64,000 nucleotides of DNA from Planctomycetota bacterium (lineage in GTDB: Bacteria > Planctomycetota > PLA2 > JAEUHO01): assembly GCA_046350655.1 (NCBI GenBank), contig JAXMAB010000005.1, positions 11,696 through 75,695 of the forward strand. Direction: 5' to 3'. The position numbers were made by a program, and so were the translations under genes. This document shows, piece by piece, positions 46,870 through 57,010 of this stretch. The stretch's first letter is position 1. Each line of letters begins with the position of its first letter. The notes beneath the pieces were generated by a model, which was given only the letters and a program-made list of their open reading frames with translations, searched no databases and was not told where the DNA came from.

Positions 46870-48093
46870 TCAGCCGCGCCGCACGCGCACCCGGCCCACG
46901 ATGGCCGCCAGGGCCTCGCGCACGGTCTCCGTCCGCGGCGCGCGGACGAGGACGTGGCCCTCGCCCTCGTAGCCCTCGGCGACGGCCTGGCCCACGCGCG
47001 GCGGGTTCACCTCGACGACGACGTCGCCGAGCTCCGCCACGACCTCGTCGAGCCCGGTCACCGCCGCGACGCGCGTCCCCTGCCCCTGGCTGCGCAGGAA
47101 CGCCGCGCCCGCGGCGGCCGTGCGGCGCGGCGGGTCGAACGTCTCGTGGACCACCAGGCGCACCCACGCCGGGATCATGTCGACGCCGTGCGTGAGCGAC
47201 ATCATCGGCATGATGTGGACGCCCGGCGGCCGCGCGCCGACCTCGGAGACGACCGCCGAGCCGTCGGCGCGGCGGAACCACTCCATGTGCGTGAGGCCCG
47301 TGCCCATGCCGAGGGCCGCGAGCGCCGCGAGGCCCGTCGGCACGAACGCGGCGAAGTCCGGCGCGTCCTCCTCGCGGGGCAGCAGCACGCAGTACTGGAT
47401 CCACGGGTTCTCGAGCACCGTCAGCGGGCCCGGCAGGTACCGCGTCCCGGACCACCAGACCGGCCGGCCGCGCACCGAGACCGTCTCGAAGGTGAGCTCG
47501 TCGCCGGTCACGAACTCCTCGGCCTGGACGGGCCGCGCGGGCGCCGGCGCGAGCGCCGCGAGCGCCTCCTCGAGGCCGGCCGCGTCGCGCACGCGATAGG
47601 TCGCCTTCGCGCCGAGGCCGTCCGGCGGCTTCACGACGACGGGGAACCCCACCTCGCGCACGAACGCGCGGCCGTCGGCGGCGCTCGCGAGCAGCCGGGA
47701 GCGCGCGACCGGGACGCCCGCGGCGCGCAGCACCTCCTTCATCCGCGCCTTGTCGCGGAACCCGCGCACCGTCTCCGCCGACATCCCCGGGACGCCCGCG
47801 AGGTCGCGGGCGCGCGCGACGGGCGCCTGCAGCTGCTCGAGGACGCCGAACAGCCGGTCCACGGGCCCCACCTCGGCGGCCAGCGATCGGCACGCGCCCG
47901 CCAGCGCGTCGGCGTCGAGGGCGTCGGCGACGCGGCGGTGCCCGGCGAGGCCCGCGCGGACGTCCGGCGGCAGCCGCTCGACGTCGTCCTGCGTGATCAC
48001 GCAGGGCCGCGCGCCCTCGAGCGCGACCAGCGCGCGGACGTAGCGGACCGTGTTCTCCTGGAAGAACGGCGCGACGAGCACGGCGGTGAGCAT
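46870..48093 (-). CDS. ATP-grasp domain protein (407 aa)
   Basis: FPVVVKPPDGLGAKATYRV ... EEFVTGDELTFETV ... typical ATP-grasp fold segments. Confidence 0.7.
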   Translation of the reverse strand: MLTAVLVAPFFQENTVRYVRALVALEGARPCVITQDDVERLPPDVRAGLAGHRRVADALDADALAGACRSLAAEVGPVDRLFGVLEQLQAPVARARDLAGVPGMSAETVRGFRDKARMKEVLRAAGVPVARSRLLASAADGRAFVREVGFPVVVKPPDGLGAKATYRVRDAAGLEEALAALAPAPARPVQAEEFVTGDELTFETVSVRGRPVWWSGTRYLPGPLTVLENPWIQYCVLLPREEDAPDFAAFVPTGLAALAALGMGTGLTHMEWFRRADGSAVVSEVGARPPGVHIMPMMSLTHGVDMIPAWVRLVVHETFDPPRRTAAAGAAFLRSQGQGTRVAAVTGLDEVVAELGDVVVEVNPPRVGQAVAEGYEGEGHVLVRAPRTETVREALAAIVGRVRVRRG

Positions 48094-48369
48094 GGCGCCC
48101 GTCCTACCCGAGCGGCGGTCCCGGGGGAAGGGGCCGGCGCGCGACGCCGGTACGATCGACCGGTGCCGTCGTCCGCCCGACCCGACCCGCCGCCCACGCC
48201 CCGCCGCCGCGGCCGCGGCGACCTCGTCGCGCTCGCCGTGCTCGGCGGCTTCGTCGCGCTGCGCCTCCTGCTCGGGGGCGGGGCGGGCGAGTGGGTCGTG
48301 ATCGGCGTCGTCGCCGCGCTCCTCTTCCTGCGCCCGCGGCGCTGACGCGCCGCGCGCCGCCGGGCCGCG

Positions 48370-49875
48370 TCAGCGCGCGTCGGGGACGACGAGGCCCGGG
48401 AGCATCTCGCCCGTGGCGGCGAGGTTGAGGTGGAGCTCGAAGCACGTGCGCAGGTCGTGGCGGAGGTGGCCGGGCCGGCAGCGCTCGAGGTAGCGCAGCA
48501 GGTAGTCGCGGTAGGCCGGGTGCGCGCACCGCGTGACGATGGTCGCCGCGCGCTCCGCGGGCGCGAGGCCGCGGAGGTCGGCGAGCCCGTGCTCGGTCAC
48601 GATCACGCGGGTCGAGTGCTCGTTGTGGTCGACGTGGCTGCACATGGGCACCACGGTCGAGATGCGGCCGCCCTTCGCGGTGGACGGGGCGACGAAGATC
48701 GGGACCGCGGCGTTGCGCGCGAAGTCGCCGCTGCCGCCGATGCCGTTCACGACGTGGGTGCCGCCGACGTGCGTCGAGTTCACGTGCCCGTAGAGGTCCA
48801 CCTCGAGGGCGGCGTTGAGCGAGATGAGGCCGAGCCGGCGGATCACCTCGGGGTGGTTCGACACCTCCTGCGGGCGCATCACGATCCGCGGCGCGTACCG
48901 CTCGAGCCCGTCGGCGACGCGGCGCTGCGCGGCGTCGGTCAGCGTGAGCGCCGTGGTGCTCGCGCCGACGATCTTCCCCTCGTCGAGGAGGTCGAGGACG
49001 GCGTCCTGCAGCACCTCGGAGTACATGAAGAACGGCGGCACGTCGGCGTGGCCGCCGAGCCCCCGCAGGACCGCGTTCGCGACGTTCCCGACGCCGGCCT
49101 GCACCGGCAGGAACTCCTTCGGGATGCGGCCCGCGCGCATCTCGCCGAGGAGGAACCGCACGACGTGGTCCGCGATGCGCTCGCTCACCGCGTCCGGCGC
49201 GTCGAACGCGGCGACGCCGTCGGGCTCGTCGGTCTCGACCACGCCGACGACGCGGCGCGGGTCCACCGCGGCATAGGGCCAGCCGATGCGCGTCAGCGGC
49301 GCCTCGATCGGGATCGGGTGGCGGTGGTGCGGCGGCGGCAGGACGACGACGTCGTGCAGCTCGCGCAGCCGCGGCGCGTGCCGGCGGTTGATCTCCAGCA
49401 CCACGCGCTGCGCGCACGCGAGCCAGGTCGGCGACGCGCCGATGCTGGTCGTGAGGTACACGCGGCCGTCCGGCGTCACCTCCGTCGCCTCGACGACGGC
49501 GACGTCGAGGGGCCCGAACTCGCCCGCCGCGACCATCTGCGGCACCGACGAGAGGTGCATGTCCACGAACGCGACCCGCCCGGCGTTCACCTGCGCCCGG
49601 AGCGCGGGGCTGCTCTGGTACGGCGCGCGCCACGCCACCGCCTCGGCCTCGGCCAGCGTCTCGTCGAGCGCGCGGCCCGTGGAGGCGCCCGCGAGCACGC
49701 GGATGCGGTACGGCTCGCCGCGGGCGTGCGCCGCGCGGGCGCGCGCGGCGAGCGCGCGCGGGACCGCCTTCGCCGAACCGGCGGGCGTGAACCCGCTGAA
49801 GCCGACCAGGGCGCCGTCGGGGATCAGGGCCGCCGCCTCGTCGGCGGTCAACGTCGGGAACGGGGCGTGGGCCAT
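48370..49875 (-). CDS. Acetyl-CoA hydrolase/transferase family protein (succinyl-CoA:acetate CoA-transferase-like), 501 aa
   Basis: Two-domain CoA-transferase layout with the GxGGxxD-containing block NGIGGSGDF and the catalytic-Glu region EVDLYGHVNS of the AcetylCoA_hydro family. Confidence 0.85.
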   Translation of the reverse strand: MAHAPFPTLTADEAAALIPDGALVGFSGFTPAGSAKAVPRALAARARAAHARGEPYRIRVLAGASTGRALDETLAEAEAVAWRAPYQSSPALRAQVNAGRVAFVDMHLSSVPQMVAAGEFGPLDVAVVEATEVTPDGRVYLTTSIGASPTWLACAQRVVLEINRRHAPRLRELHDVVVLPPPHHRHPIPIEAPLTRIGWPYAAVDPRRVVGVVETDEPDGVAAFDAPDAVSERIADHVVRFLLGEMRAGRIPKEFLPVQAGVGNVANAVLRGLGGHADVPPFFMYSEVLQDAVLDLLDEGKIVGASTTALTLTDAAQRRVADGLERYAPRIVMRPQEVSNHPEVIRRLGLISLNAALEVDLYGHVNSTHVGGTHVVNGIGGSGDFARNAAVPIFVAPSTAKGGRISTVVPMCSHVDHNEHSTRVIVTEHGLADLRGLAPAERAATIVTRCAHPAYRDYLLRYLERCRPGHLRHDLRTCFELHLNLAATGEMLPGLVVPDAR

Positions 49876-50564
49876 CCGCGGATGCTACGGACCGCGGGGC
49901 GCAGGTCCCGCGCCGGCCGCACCGGCCGCGGCCACGGACGCGGGCTCCCCCGCGACGTCCGCGGGCGCCGGCGCCCCGCCCTCCGCCGCGGGCCCGCCCC
50001 CGCGGTCGCCGCCGCGGCGGCGGCCGACGCCCCCGCGGCCGGGTCCGCGCCGGCCGCCGGGCCTCGCGTCCCGGAACCCCGAGCGCGTCCTGCTCGCCTC
50101 GGGCCACCGGCGTCCCGTCGGCGACCGGCGTCCCGCCGGCGCCCGCGGGGCCGGCCGGCCGCCCGGTCGGCGCGGCGTCGCCGCCCGGTCCGACCGCGAA
50201 CCGCCCCGTGGGACACCGTCGATGCATCGCGTCGCTCCTACCCCTAGGACGGAATCGCCCGGTGGCCGACGCCAACGATCGGACGCCGGCGCCGCGCCGC
50301 GCCCGATCTGAACGCCGTCTTCACGACCGGAACGGTCCGGGCGGTCCTCCCGTCCCCCCGGGAGCCATGGCAAACCAAGAACCTGTCCCCGTAGCCTCCG
50401 TGCTGCGCCCGTCGATCCTCTCGCGGCGGCGGGCTTGCTCGCCTCGCGTCGGTCTCGCCGGGCTCGCGACGGGCCCTCCTGGGATCGGCTCCAACTCCAG
50501 CCGGGGCGCTCCCGGCGTCGATGGTCTACGAGGCGCCGCCCCCGCGCCGACGCAGGAACCCGTC

Positions 50565-50936
50565 ATGGCCCGCATCCTCGTCCTCGACGACGACGACGAC
50601 GTCCGTCCCGTGCTCGTCGAGCTGCTCACGAGGAAGGGGCACGTCGTCGTCGAGGCGCGCGACGGGCTCGTGGACCTCCGGGCCGTCGGCCCGGTCGACC
50701 TCGCCATCACGGACGTGTTCATGCCGGGCGCGGACGGGCTCGAGTTCCTGATGCGCGCCGGGCGCGAGGCGCCGCGGATGCCGGTCCTGATGCTGACCGG
50801 CGACCCCTTCTTCCGCGGCATGGACGTGCTGACGGTCGGGCGCCAGCTGGGCGCCAAGGCGGTCCTCATGAAGCCGGTGGACGTGGCGGCGCTGCTGTGC
50901 GCGGTGGACGCGGCGCTCGCCGGGTCGGGCGCGTGA
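50565..50936 (+). CDS. Stand-alone response-regulator receiver (CheY-like), 123 aa
   Basis: ILVLDDDDDVR...DLAITDVFMPGADG...LMLTG...KAVLMKPVD: DD, D (phospho-acceptor), T, K positions present; no output domain. Confidence 0.85.
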   Translation: MARILVLDDDDDVRPVLVELLTRKGHVVVEARDGLVDLRAVGPVDLAITDVFMPGADGLEFLMRAGREAPRMPVLMLTGDPFFRGMDVLTVGRQLGAKAVLMKPVDVAALLCAVDAALAGSGA

Positions 50937-50988
50937 CGCGCGGGGCGGGATGCGGCCGGTCGGCCGCTGCGTTGGGAAGGAACCCCCC

Positions 50989-51288
50989 GTGACGGAGGCC
51001 TGCGTGCCGGACGACGAGCTCCACTTCCCCCTCGACACCGACGAGCTGATCGCGCTCGCCGGCGGCCTCGACCTCGCGACGCGGCTGCGCGAGCGCGTCG
51101 ACGGGTGGCGCCGCGAGACGGGCTCGACGGCGCGCACCCACCCGCGCCTCGAGGGGACGACCTTCGTGGTCCCGGTGGACTGCCTCGACGTCGCGGCGGC
51201 GTGCCTCGCCGCGGACGAGGACCACGCGACGTACGCCGGCCTCGTCGGCCGGCTGCGCGCGGGCGCGGCGGCGCGCGGCGGCCGGTGA
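50989..51288 (+). CDS. Hypothetical acidic protein (99 aa), GTG start
   Basis: GGGAAGGAA RBS 6 nt upstream of GTG; Asp/Glu-rich non-junk composition; 52 bp after the receiver gene. Confidence 0.4.
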   Translation: MTEACVPDDELHFPLDTDELIALAGGLDLATRLRERVDGWRRETGSTARTHPRLEGTTFVVPVDCLDVAAACLAADEDHATYAGLVGRLRAGAAARGGR

Positions 51289-51399
51289 GCGGGCCACGGG
51301 ACGACGGACGCCCCGGCGCCGGACCGCGAGGCCCGGTGGCCGGCCGGTCCCCGGCGTAGACTCGGCGGGCGCGCCCCGACGGCGCGGCGGAGACGGCCC

Positions 51400-53097
51400 A
51401 TGCGCGCGACCACGTCGTTCGTGACCCGGATCGGGGCCTGCCTCGTGGCGGCGCTCGCCGCGCTCGCGGGGGCCGGCGGGCCGGCGCGCGCGGACGGCGC
51501 CGACGTCGAGGAGGCGAAGCGCCTGCGGGACGCGTCGGCGGAGGACTGGAACGCGCAGCGGTACGCGGACGCGGCCGCGAAGCTCCGCCGCGCGCTCGCG
51601 ATCTACGCGGCCGCGCCGGACCGGTTCCGCGACGACCTCGCCGTGACGCGGCGGGCCCTCGTGTGGAACCTCGTCAAGTCGGGCGACCTGGAGGCGGCGT
51701 TCGCGCCGTTCGACGCGTTGCTCGTCGCGGGCCGGTCGGAGCCGACCGTGCGGCGCGAGCTGTTCACCGCGTACGGCGCGCTCTGGGAGGCCGCGCGCGA
51801 CGCGGGGTCGCTCGAGGGCGCCCACCAGGTGCTCGACCGCGTGCGCCTGCGGGCGTCGGCCGAACGCGACGCCGGCGTCGCGTCGCAGGTCCTGCACGAC
51901 CTCGCGAGCATCGCGCGCGACCGCGGCGCGCCGGACGAGGCGCTGCGCCTCCTCGAGCAGGCGGTGACCGAGCGGCGGGACGCGAAGGCCTCCACCGAGC
52001 TCGCGTGGAGCCTCAACAACCTCGCCAACCTCCACCTGGCGGAGGGGCGCCTCGACGCGGCCCTCGCCCCGCTCCTCGAGGCGCAGCGCCTCGTGCTCGA
52101 GCAGGGCGCGATCTCGCCCCAGGCGGCGGTGGGCGTGAACACGCGGACCGTCCTCGACCGGCTCGCGGGCGGCGAGACGCCGACCGCGGCGCGGCGCGCG
52201 TGGGTGTGGGACATGGCGGAGGTCGCCGCCGCGAGCGAGGTCGCGACGGTCCACCGGCCCGAGGTGCTGCTGCGGGCGGCGCTGCGCCTCGACGCGAAGG
52301 CGGGCGGGCCGTCCGAGCGGCTCGCGTCGGCCCGGCGGCTCGCGAAGCTGGTCGTGACGCCGACCGCGGCGCCCGTGGAGATCCGCGCCGACCTGCTGCT
52401 GCACGCCGCGACGGTCGCGATCGGCGCGGGCGGGGCGACGGACGCGCTGGGCTGGCTCGCGTCGGTGGACGTGGGCACGGGCCCCGCGGCGGGACACCTC
52501 GCCGCGCGGCGCGGCGTGGCGGTCGCGCTCGCCCGCGCGGCGCAGCAGCAGGGCGGCGAGACGACGGCGGCCGTCGAGGAGGCCCGCGGCGCGCTGAAGG
52601 CGCTGGGCGACCGCGGGCTCCGCGAGGCGAGCCTCGACGCCCTGGTCGTCGCGGCCGACCGCGCGGGGCTGACGTCGCTCGCGGGCTCGATGCGCGAGGA
52701 GCTCGCGGCCTCGAAGCGCGACGGGCAGCCCGGGGCGCGGGGCGCCTCCGCGATGTCGGGGGGCGACGTCGCGAAGTTCCGCGAGCTCGGGCCCCACGAC
52801 CCCGTGTTCGAGCTGCGGGCCGTCGGCATCCGGCTGCGCGTGACCGACCTCCTGACGCAGACGGTCGTCGAGCTCGACGGCACGTGGCAGCCGCAGGCCG
52901 TCGCGGTGCACGGGCTGACGCTCAAGGGCTTCGGGGCGTACGTGCGCCTGGACGGGTTCGCGTACGGCGAGGCCGCGGCCGCGTCGAACGGCGGGCCGAC
53001 GACGTTGACGCTCGACGCGGTCGAGCCGTACCTCGTCGTGCCGGCCGCCACCCCGCTCCGCATCCTCAAGAACGGCGCCGTCACCTACGCCCCCTGA
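51400..53097 (+). CDS. Secreted TPR-like alpha-helical repeat protein (565 aa)
   Basis: Signal peptide MRATTSFVTRIGACLVAALAALAGAGGPARA; TPR-like blocks (ELAWSLNNLANLHLAEGRLDAALAPLLEAQRL). Confidence 0.65.
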   Translation: MRATTSFVTRIGACLVAALAALAGAGGPARADGADVEEAKRLRDASAEDWNAQRYADAAAKLRRALAIYAAAPDRFRDDLAVTRRALVWNLVKSGDLEAAFAPFDALLVAGRSEPTVRRELFTAYGALWEAARDAGSLEGAHQVLDRVRLRASAERDAGVASQVLHDLASIARDRGAPDEALRLLEQAVTERRDAKASTELAWSLNNLANLHLAEGRLDAALAPLLEAQRLVLEQGAISPQAAVGVNTRTVLDRLAGGETPTAARRAWVWDMAEVAAASEVATVHRPEVLLRAALRLDAKAGGPSERLASARRLAKLVVTPTAAPVEIRADLLLHAATVAIGAGGATDALGWLASVDVGTGPAAGHLAARRGVAVALARAAQQQGGETTAAVEEARGALKALGDRGLREASLDALVVAADRAGLTSLAGSMREELAASKRDGQPGARGASAMSGGDVAKFRELGPHDPVFELRAVGIRLRVTDLLTQTVVELDGTWQPQAVAVHGLTLKGFGAYVRLDGFAYGEAAAASNGGPTTLTLDAVEPYLVVPAATPLRILKNGAVTYAP

Positions 53098-53340
53098 CGC
53101 CGAGGGCCGGCGGCGCGCCGCGTCGGCCCCTCCGTCGGGGGCGCCCCGTCGGGACGGGGGCGACGCCGCGCCACGCGCCCGTCGGCCCGCGGCGGGCCCG
53201 CGGGCCCGGCCCCCGCGGCGTCCGCGGGCCCGGCGGCGGGCGCGGACCGCGCCGCGCCCGGGGCCGCGGCAAGCCCCCCCTCCTCCCTCCGCCGCCTGCG
53301 GCGGCCGCCGGGACCGGCCCCGGCGGCGGGACCACCGAGG

Positions 53341-53375
53341 TCTTATATAACTGTACGTTTGTATAGTTGACTTAT
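53341..53375. promoter_or_regulatory. AT-rich island (tcttatataactgtacgtttgtatagttgactta) in an otherwise ~80% GC intergenic region, 64-98 bp upstream of the multiheme cytochrome operon; contains the near-palindrome ACTGTA-N6-TATAGT (CTGT-N8-ATAG) and TTGACT
   Basis: Seen directly; the strongest local compositional anomaly in the window. Confidence 0.5.
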
Positions 53376-53438
53376 GGGGCGGCGGGGGCAGACTGGGCCC
53401 GGTGGGACGCGCGGGCGCCCCGCCGGAGGCCAGAGCCC

Positions 53439-55004
53439 ATGAGCGCCCGGATCCTCGCCCTCGTCGTCGCCGCCGCGGTGGCGGCCGTCCTCGGCTTCGG
53501 CTGGCTCGTCGCGCCCGGCGCCGCGGCGCCGCCCCGCGACGACCCGCGGGCCCACCTGCCGGTCCGCCCGGCGCCGACGGACCACGCGCCGTTCTTCACG
53601 GCCCCCTTCGCCGACGGGCCCGCGGTGACGGCCGCGTGCCTGCGCTGCCACGAGGACGCCGCGGACGAGGTCCGCGCCACGACGCACTGGACGTGGGAGG
53701 GGGCCCACGCGAAGGACCCGGCGACGGGGGCGGACGTCGCGCTCGGCAAGCGGAACGGGATCAACAACTTCTGCATCGGCGTGGCGGCGAACTGGCCCCG
53801 CTGCACGTCGTGCCACGCCGGGTACGGCTGGAAGGACGACGGCTTCCTCGCCCGCGCGCGCGCGACGGACGTGGACTGCCTCGTGTGCCACGACACCTCG
53901 GGCCTGTACCAGAAGGACCCCGCGGGCGCGGGCGCCCCGGCCGCGGGCACCGACCTCCTCGCGGTCGCGCGCAGCGTCGGCCGCTCGAGCCGGGCGACGT
54001 GCGGCGCCTGCCACTTCAAGGGCGGCGGGGGCGACGGCGTGAAGCACGGCGACCTCGACGAGACCATGACCTTCCCGGCGGAGCGCGTCGACGTCCACAT
54101 GGGCCGGCACGGCCTCGCGTGCGCCGACTGCCACCGGACCGAGCACCACCGCGTCGCCGGCCGCCTCCTGCCCCCCACCGAGGACGCGGCGACGCGCGTG
54201 CGGTGCACCGACTGTCACGCCGCGCGGCCGCACGGCGACGCGCGGCTCGACGCGCACACCGCGACCGTCGCGTGCGAGACGTGCCACGTGCCGCGGTTCG
54301 CGGCCGAGACCCCGACGAAGCTCTTCTGGGACTGGTCGAAGGCCGGACGCGACGGCGAGCCGGAGGCGGTCGCCGAGGCCGTCCGGCAGGAGATCCTCGC
54401 GGGCGGCGAGGCCGCGCGCCACGTCGCGCCGGAGATCGTCGCGCTGCTGCGGCGCGTCGGCGACGACCCCGACCTCCACGTCCACTACGACAAGAAGAAG
54501 GGCCTGTTCCTCGTCGGTCGGCGGCAGGTGCCGGTCTACCGCTGGTACGACGGGACCACCGCGCGCCACGTCCCGGGGCAGCGGTGGGACGGCCCCGAGC
54601 CCCTGCCGGTGAACGCGCCGCAGGGCGCCGTCCGCGACCCGCGCGCGAAGATCCACCCGTTCAAGGTGCACCGCGGCGTCCAGCCGTTCGACGCGTCGGC
54701 CCGCCACCTGCTCGTGCCGCACACGTTCGGCCCGGGCGGCTACTGGAGCGCCTTCGACTGGGAGCGCGCGCTGCGGACCGGCGCCGCGGCGTCGGGCGTG
54801 CCCTACAGCGGCGAGCGCACCTGGATCGCGACGGAGATGTGGTGGCCGCAGGAGCACATGGTGGCGCCGAGGACCGACGCCCTGCGGTGCGTCGACTGCC
54901 ACGGCGACGGCGGGCGGATGGACTGGCGGGCCCTCGGCTACCCGGGCGACCCCGCCGTCGCCGGCGGGCGCGAGCAGGTGGGCGCGACGGGAGGTGCGCG
55001 ATGA
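53439..55004 (+). CDS. Periplasmic octaheme c-type cytochrome (8 CxxCH), octaheme tetrathionate-reductase-like family, 521 aa
   Basis: GGAGG RBS; signal peptide; CLRCH, CTSCH, CLVCH, CGACH, CADCH, CTDCH, CETCH, CVDCH. Confidence 0.85.
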   Translation: MSARILALVVAAAVAAVLGFGWLVAPGAAAPPRDDPRAHLPVRPAPTDHAPFFTAPFADGPAVTAACLRCHEDAADEVRATTHWTWEGAHAKDPATGADVALGKRNGINNFCIGVAANWPRCTSCHAGYGWKDDGFLARARATDVDCLVCHDTSGLYQKDPAGAGAPAAGTDLLAVARSVGRSSRATCGACHFKGGGGDGVKHGDLDETMTFPAERVDVHMGRHGLACADCHRTEHHRVAGRLLPPTEDAATRVRCTDCHAARPHGDARLDAHTATVACETCHVPRFAAETPTKLFWDWSKAGRDGEPEAVAEAVRQEILAGGEAARHVAPEIVALLRRVGDDPDLHVHYDKKKGLFLVGRRQVPVYRWYDGTTARHVPGQRWDGPEPLPVNAPQGAVRDPRAKIHPFKVHRGVQPFDASARHLLVPHTFGPGGYWSAFDWERALRTGAAASGVPYSGERTWIATEMWWPQEHMVAPRTDALRCVDCHGDGGRMDWRALGYPGDPAVAGGREQVGATGGAR

Positions 55005-57010
55005 GCCGTCGAGCCCTCCTCCTCGCCGCGGTCCTCGTCGCGGGCGCGGGCGTCGCGCGGGCCGGCAGCCCGATGCACCCCGACGTCCGCCTCCTCGACG
55101 ACGCCGGGGACGGCGTGCTCGAGAGCGGGCGGCCCGTGTCGCCCGCGCGGACCTGCGGGCAGTGCCACGACGTCGAGTTCATCGAGCGCCACGACTTCCA
55201 CGCGACGCTGGGCGCCGACGAGACGATGGCGCCGGGCACGGTCCCGGGCGGGCGCCCCTGGGACACGAGCGCGGGCCCGTTCGGGCGCTGGGACCCGGCG
55301 ACGAACCGCCGCCTCGCCCTCGACGACGACGCGCGCTTCGACCTCGGCGTCGCCGACTGGGTGCGGACCGTCGGGCAACGGCACGTCGGCGGCGGGCCCG
55401 CGCGGCTCGGCCGCGACGGCCGCCCGCTCGACGGCGACGGGCCGCGCGTCGAGACGCACGCCCTGGACCCGGCCAGCGGCCGGCCCGTCCCGTGGGACTG
55501 GGCGGCCTCGGGGACCGCGGAGCTCGACTGCTTCCTCTGCCACGTCCCCGGCGCGCGCGCGGACCTGCGCCGCGAGACGCTCGCCGCCGGACGGTTCCGC
55601 TGGGCGGCCACCGCGAGCCTCGTCGGCACCGGGCTCGCGGCCGCCGACGGCGACGGGTTCCGCTGGGTGCGCGAGGCGTTCACGAAGCACGGCACCGCGG
55701 ACCGGACGCGTCTGCCCCTCGGCCGCCCGACCGCGGCGGCCTGCGGCGCGTGCCACCTCGACCCGGACGCCGGCGCGAAAGGGACGTTCGTCGCCCGCGA
55801 CCCGCGCGCGGGCGGCCAGGTGGTCGCGCCCGGCCGCGTGGCCGACGCGGCGCTCGACCTCGCCGACAAGGACGCGCAGACGCAGCCCTTCGACGTCCAC
55901 GCCGCGCGGCTCGTCGGGTGCACCGACTGCCACCACAGCCTGAACGACCCCGCGCGCTTCTCCGAGGCCGCGGGCAGCCGGCCCGGGCACCTCGCCTACG
56001 ACGCGCGGCGGCTCGGGGTCGGCGACTTCGTGCGCACGCCGAGCCACGACCTCGCGAAGGGCACCTCGTCGCGCCCGCACGCCGCCGAAGGGCTCGACGG
56101 GACGGGGCGGCGCTGCGACGCCTGCCACGACGTCGCCGACGACCACGGGCGCTGGCTCCCCGCCGTCGGCCGGCACCTGCAGACGCTCTCGTGCGAGGCC
56201 TGCCACGTCCCCCGCGTCCCGACGGCGTCGGTCGAGCAGACGGACTGGACCGTGCTCGACGCCTCGGGCGGGCCCGTCGTCGCCCACCGCGGCGTCGAGG
56301 GCGCGATCGACGACCCGGCCGCGCTCCTCACGGGGTACGAACCCGTGCTCCTGCCGCGCCGCGACGCGGACGGCCGGACGCGGTACGTCCCCCACGCGCT
56401 CTCGACCACGTGGACGTGGGTCGGCGGCGTGCCGGAGCGCCCCGTGCGCCCGTTCGACCTCCGGGCCGCCTGGTTCGGCGCCGACGGCGCGCCGCACCCC
56501 GACGTCGTCGCCGCCCTCGACGCGGACCACGACGGCCGCCTCGCCGCGACGGAGCTCGCGCTCGACACGCCCGCGAAGGCGGCGGCCGTCCGCGCGCGCC
56601 TCGAGGCCGTCGGCATCGCCGCGCCGCGCATCGTCGGCACCGTGGAGCCGACGGGGCTCCACCACGGCGTCGTCGCCGCGGGGGCCGTCCGACGGTGCGA
56701 GACGTGCCACGCGTCGGACGGGCGGCTCGCCCGTCCGACGGTCGTGGCGACGCGGGTCCCCGCCGGCGCCGTCGCGACGTTCGTCGCGCACCGGTCGGTC
56801 TCGCTCGGCGGGACGCTCTCGGGCCGCGACGGCGCGCCGCTCGTCCACACGCCCTCGACCGCGGCGGCGGGCCGCTTCGTCCCCCGCAGGGACGACGCGG
56901 GCGTGCTCGACCTCGTGGGACTGCTCGCGTTCGTGGGCACCGCGCTCGGCGTCGCCGGGCACGCCCTCGCGCGGGTCGTGGCGCACCGACGCGCCGGGAG
57001 GACGTCATGA
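55001..57010 (+). CDS. Heptaheme c-type cytochrome with C-terminal transmembrane anchor, 669 aa; start overlaps the upstream stop (ATGA)
   Basis: Signal peptide; CGQCH, CFLCH, CGACH, CTDCH, CDACH, CEACH, CETCH; C-terminal VLDLVGLLAFVGTALGVAGHAL helix. Confidence 0.85.
   Translation: MSRRALLLAAVLVAGAGVARAGSPMHPDVRLLDDAGDGVLESGRPVSPARTCGQCHDVEFIERHDFHATLGADETMAPGTVPGGRPWDTSAGPFGRWDPATNRRLALDDDARFDLGVADWVRTVGQRHVGGGPARLGRDGRPLDGDGPRVETHALDPASGRPVPWDWAASGTAELDCFLCHVPGARADLRRETLAAGRFRWAATASLVGTGLAAADGDGFRWVREAFTKHGTADRTRLPLGRPTAAACGACHLDPDAGAKGTFVARDPRAGGQVVAPGRVADAALDLADKDAQTQPFDVHAARLVGCTDCHHSLNDPARFSEAAGSRPGHLAYDARRLGVGDFVRTPSHDLAKGTSSRPHAAEGLDGTGRRCDACHDVADDHGRWLPAVGRHLQTLSCEACHVPRVPTASVEQTDWTVLDASGGPVVAHRGVEGAIDDPAALLTGYEPVLLPRRDADGRTRYVPHALSTTWTWVGGVPERPVRPFDLRAAWFGADGAPHPDVVAALDADHDGRLAATELALDTPAKAAAVRARLEAVGIAAPRIVGTVEPTGLHHGVVAAGAVRRCETCHASDGRLARPTVVATRVPAGAVATFVAHRSVSLGGTLSGRDGAPLVHTPSTAAAGRFVPRRDDAGVLDLVGLLAFVGTALGVAGHALARVVAHRRAGRTS

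Noticed and set aside
48163-48345. 60-codon GTG-initiated ORF encoding a hydrophobic peptide (GDLVALAVLGGFVALRLLLGGGAGEWVVIGVVAALLFLRPRR)
   Set aside because: No RBS; Ala/Leu/Val/Gly/Arg composition is what random high-GC sequence yields; no support beyond hydrophobicity.
53341-53375. Interpreting the AT-rich near-palindrome as a LexA SOS box
   Set aside because: CTGT-N8-ACAG boxes are class-specific and the organism's affiliation is unknown. The match has a mismatch in the critical ACAG half, and the downstream operon is respiratory, not DNA repair. It is kept as an unassigned regulatory element.
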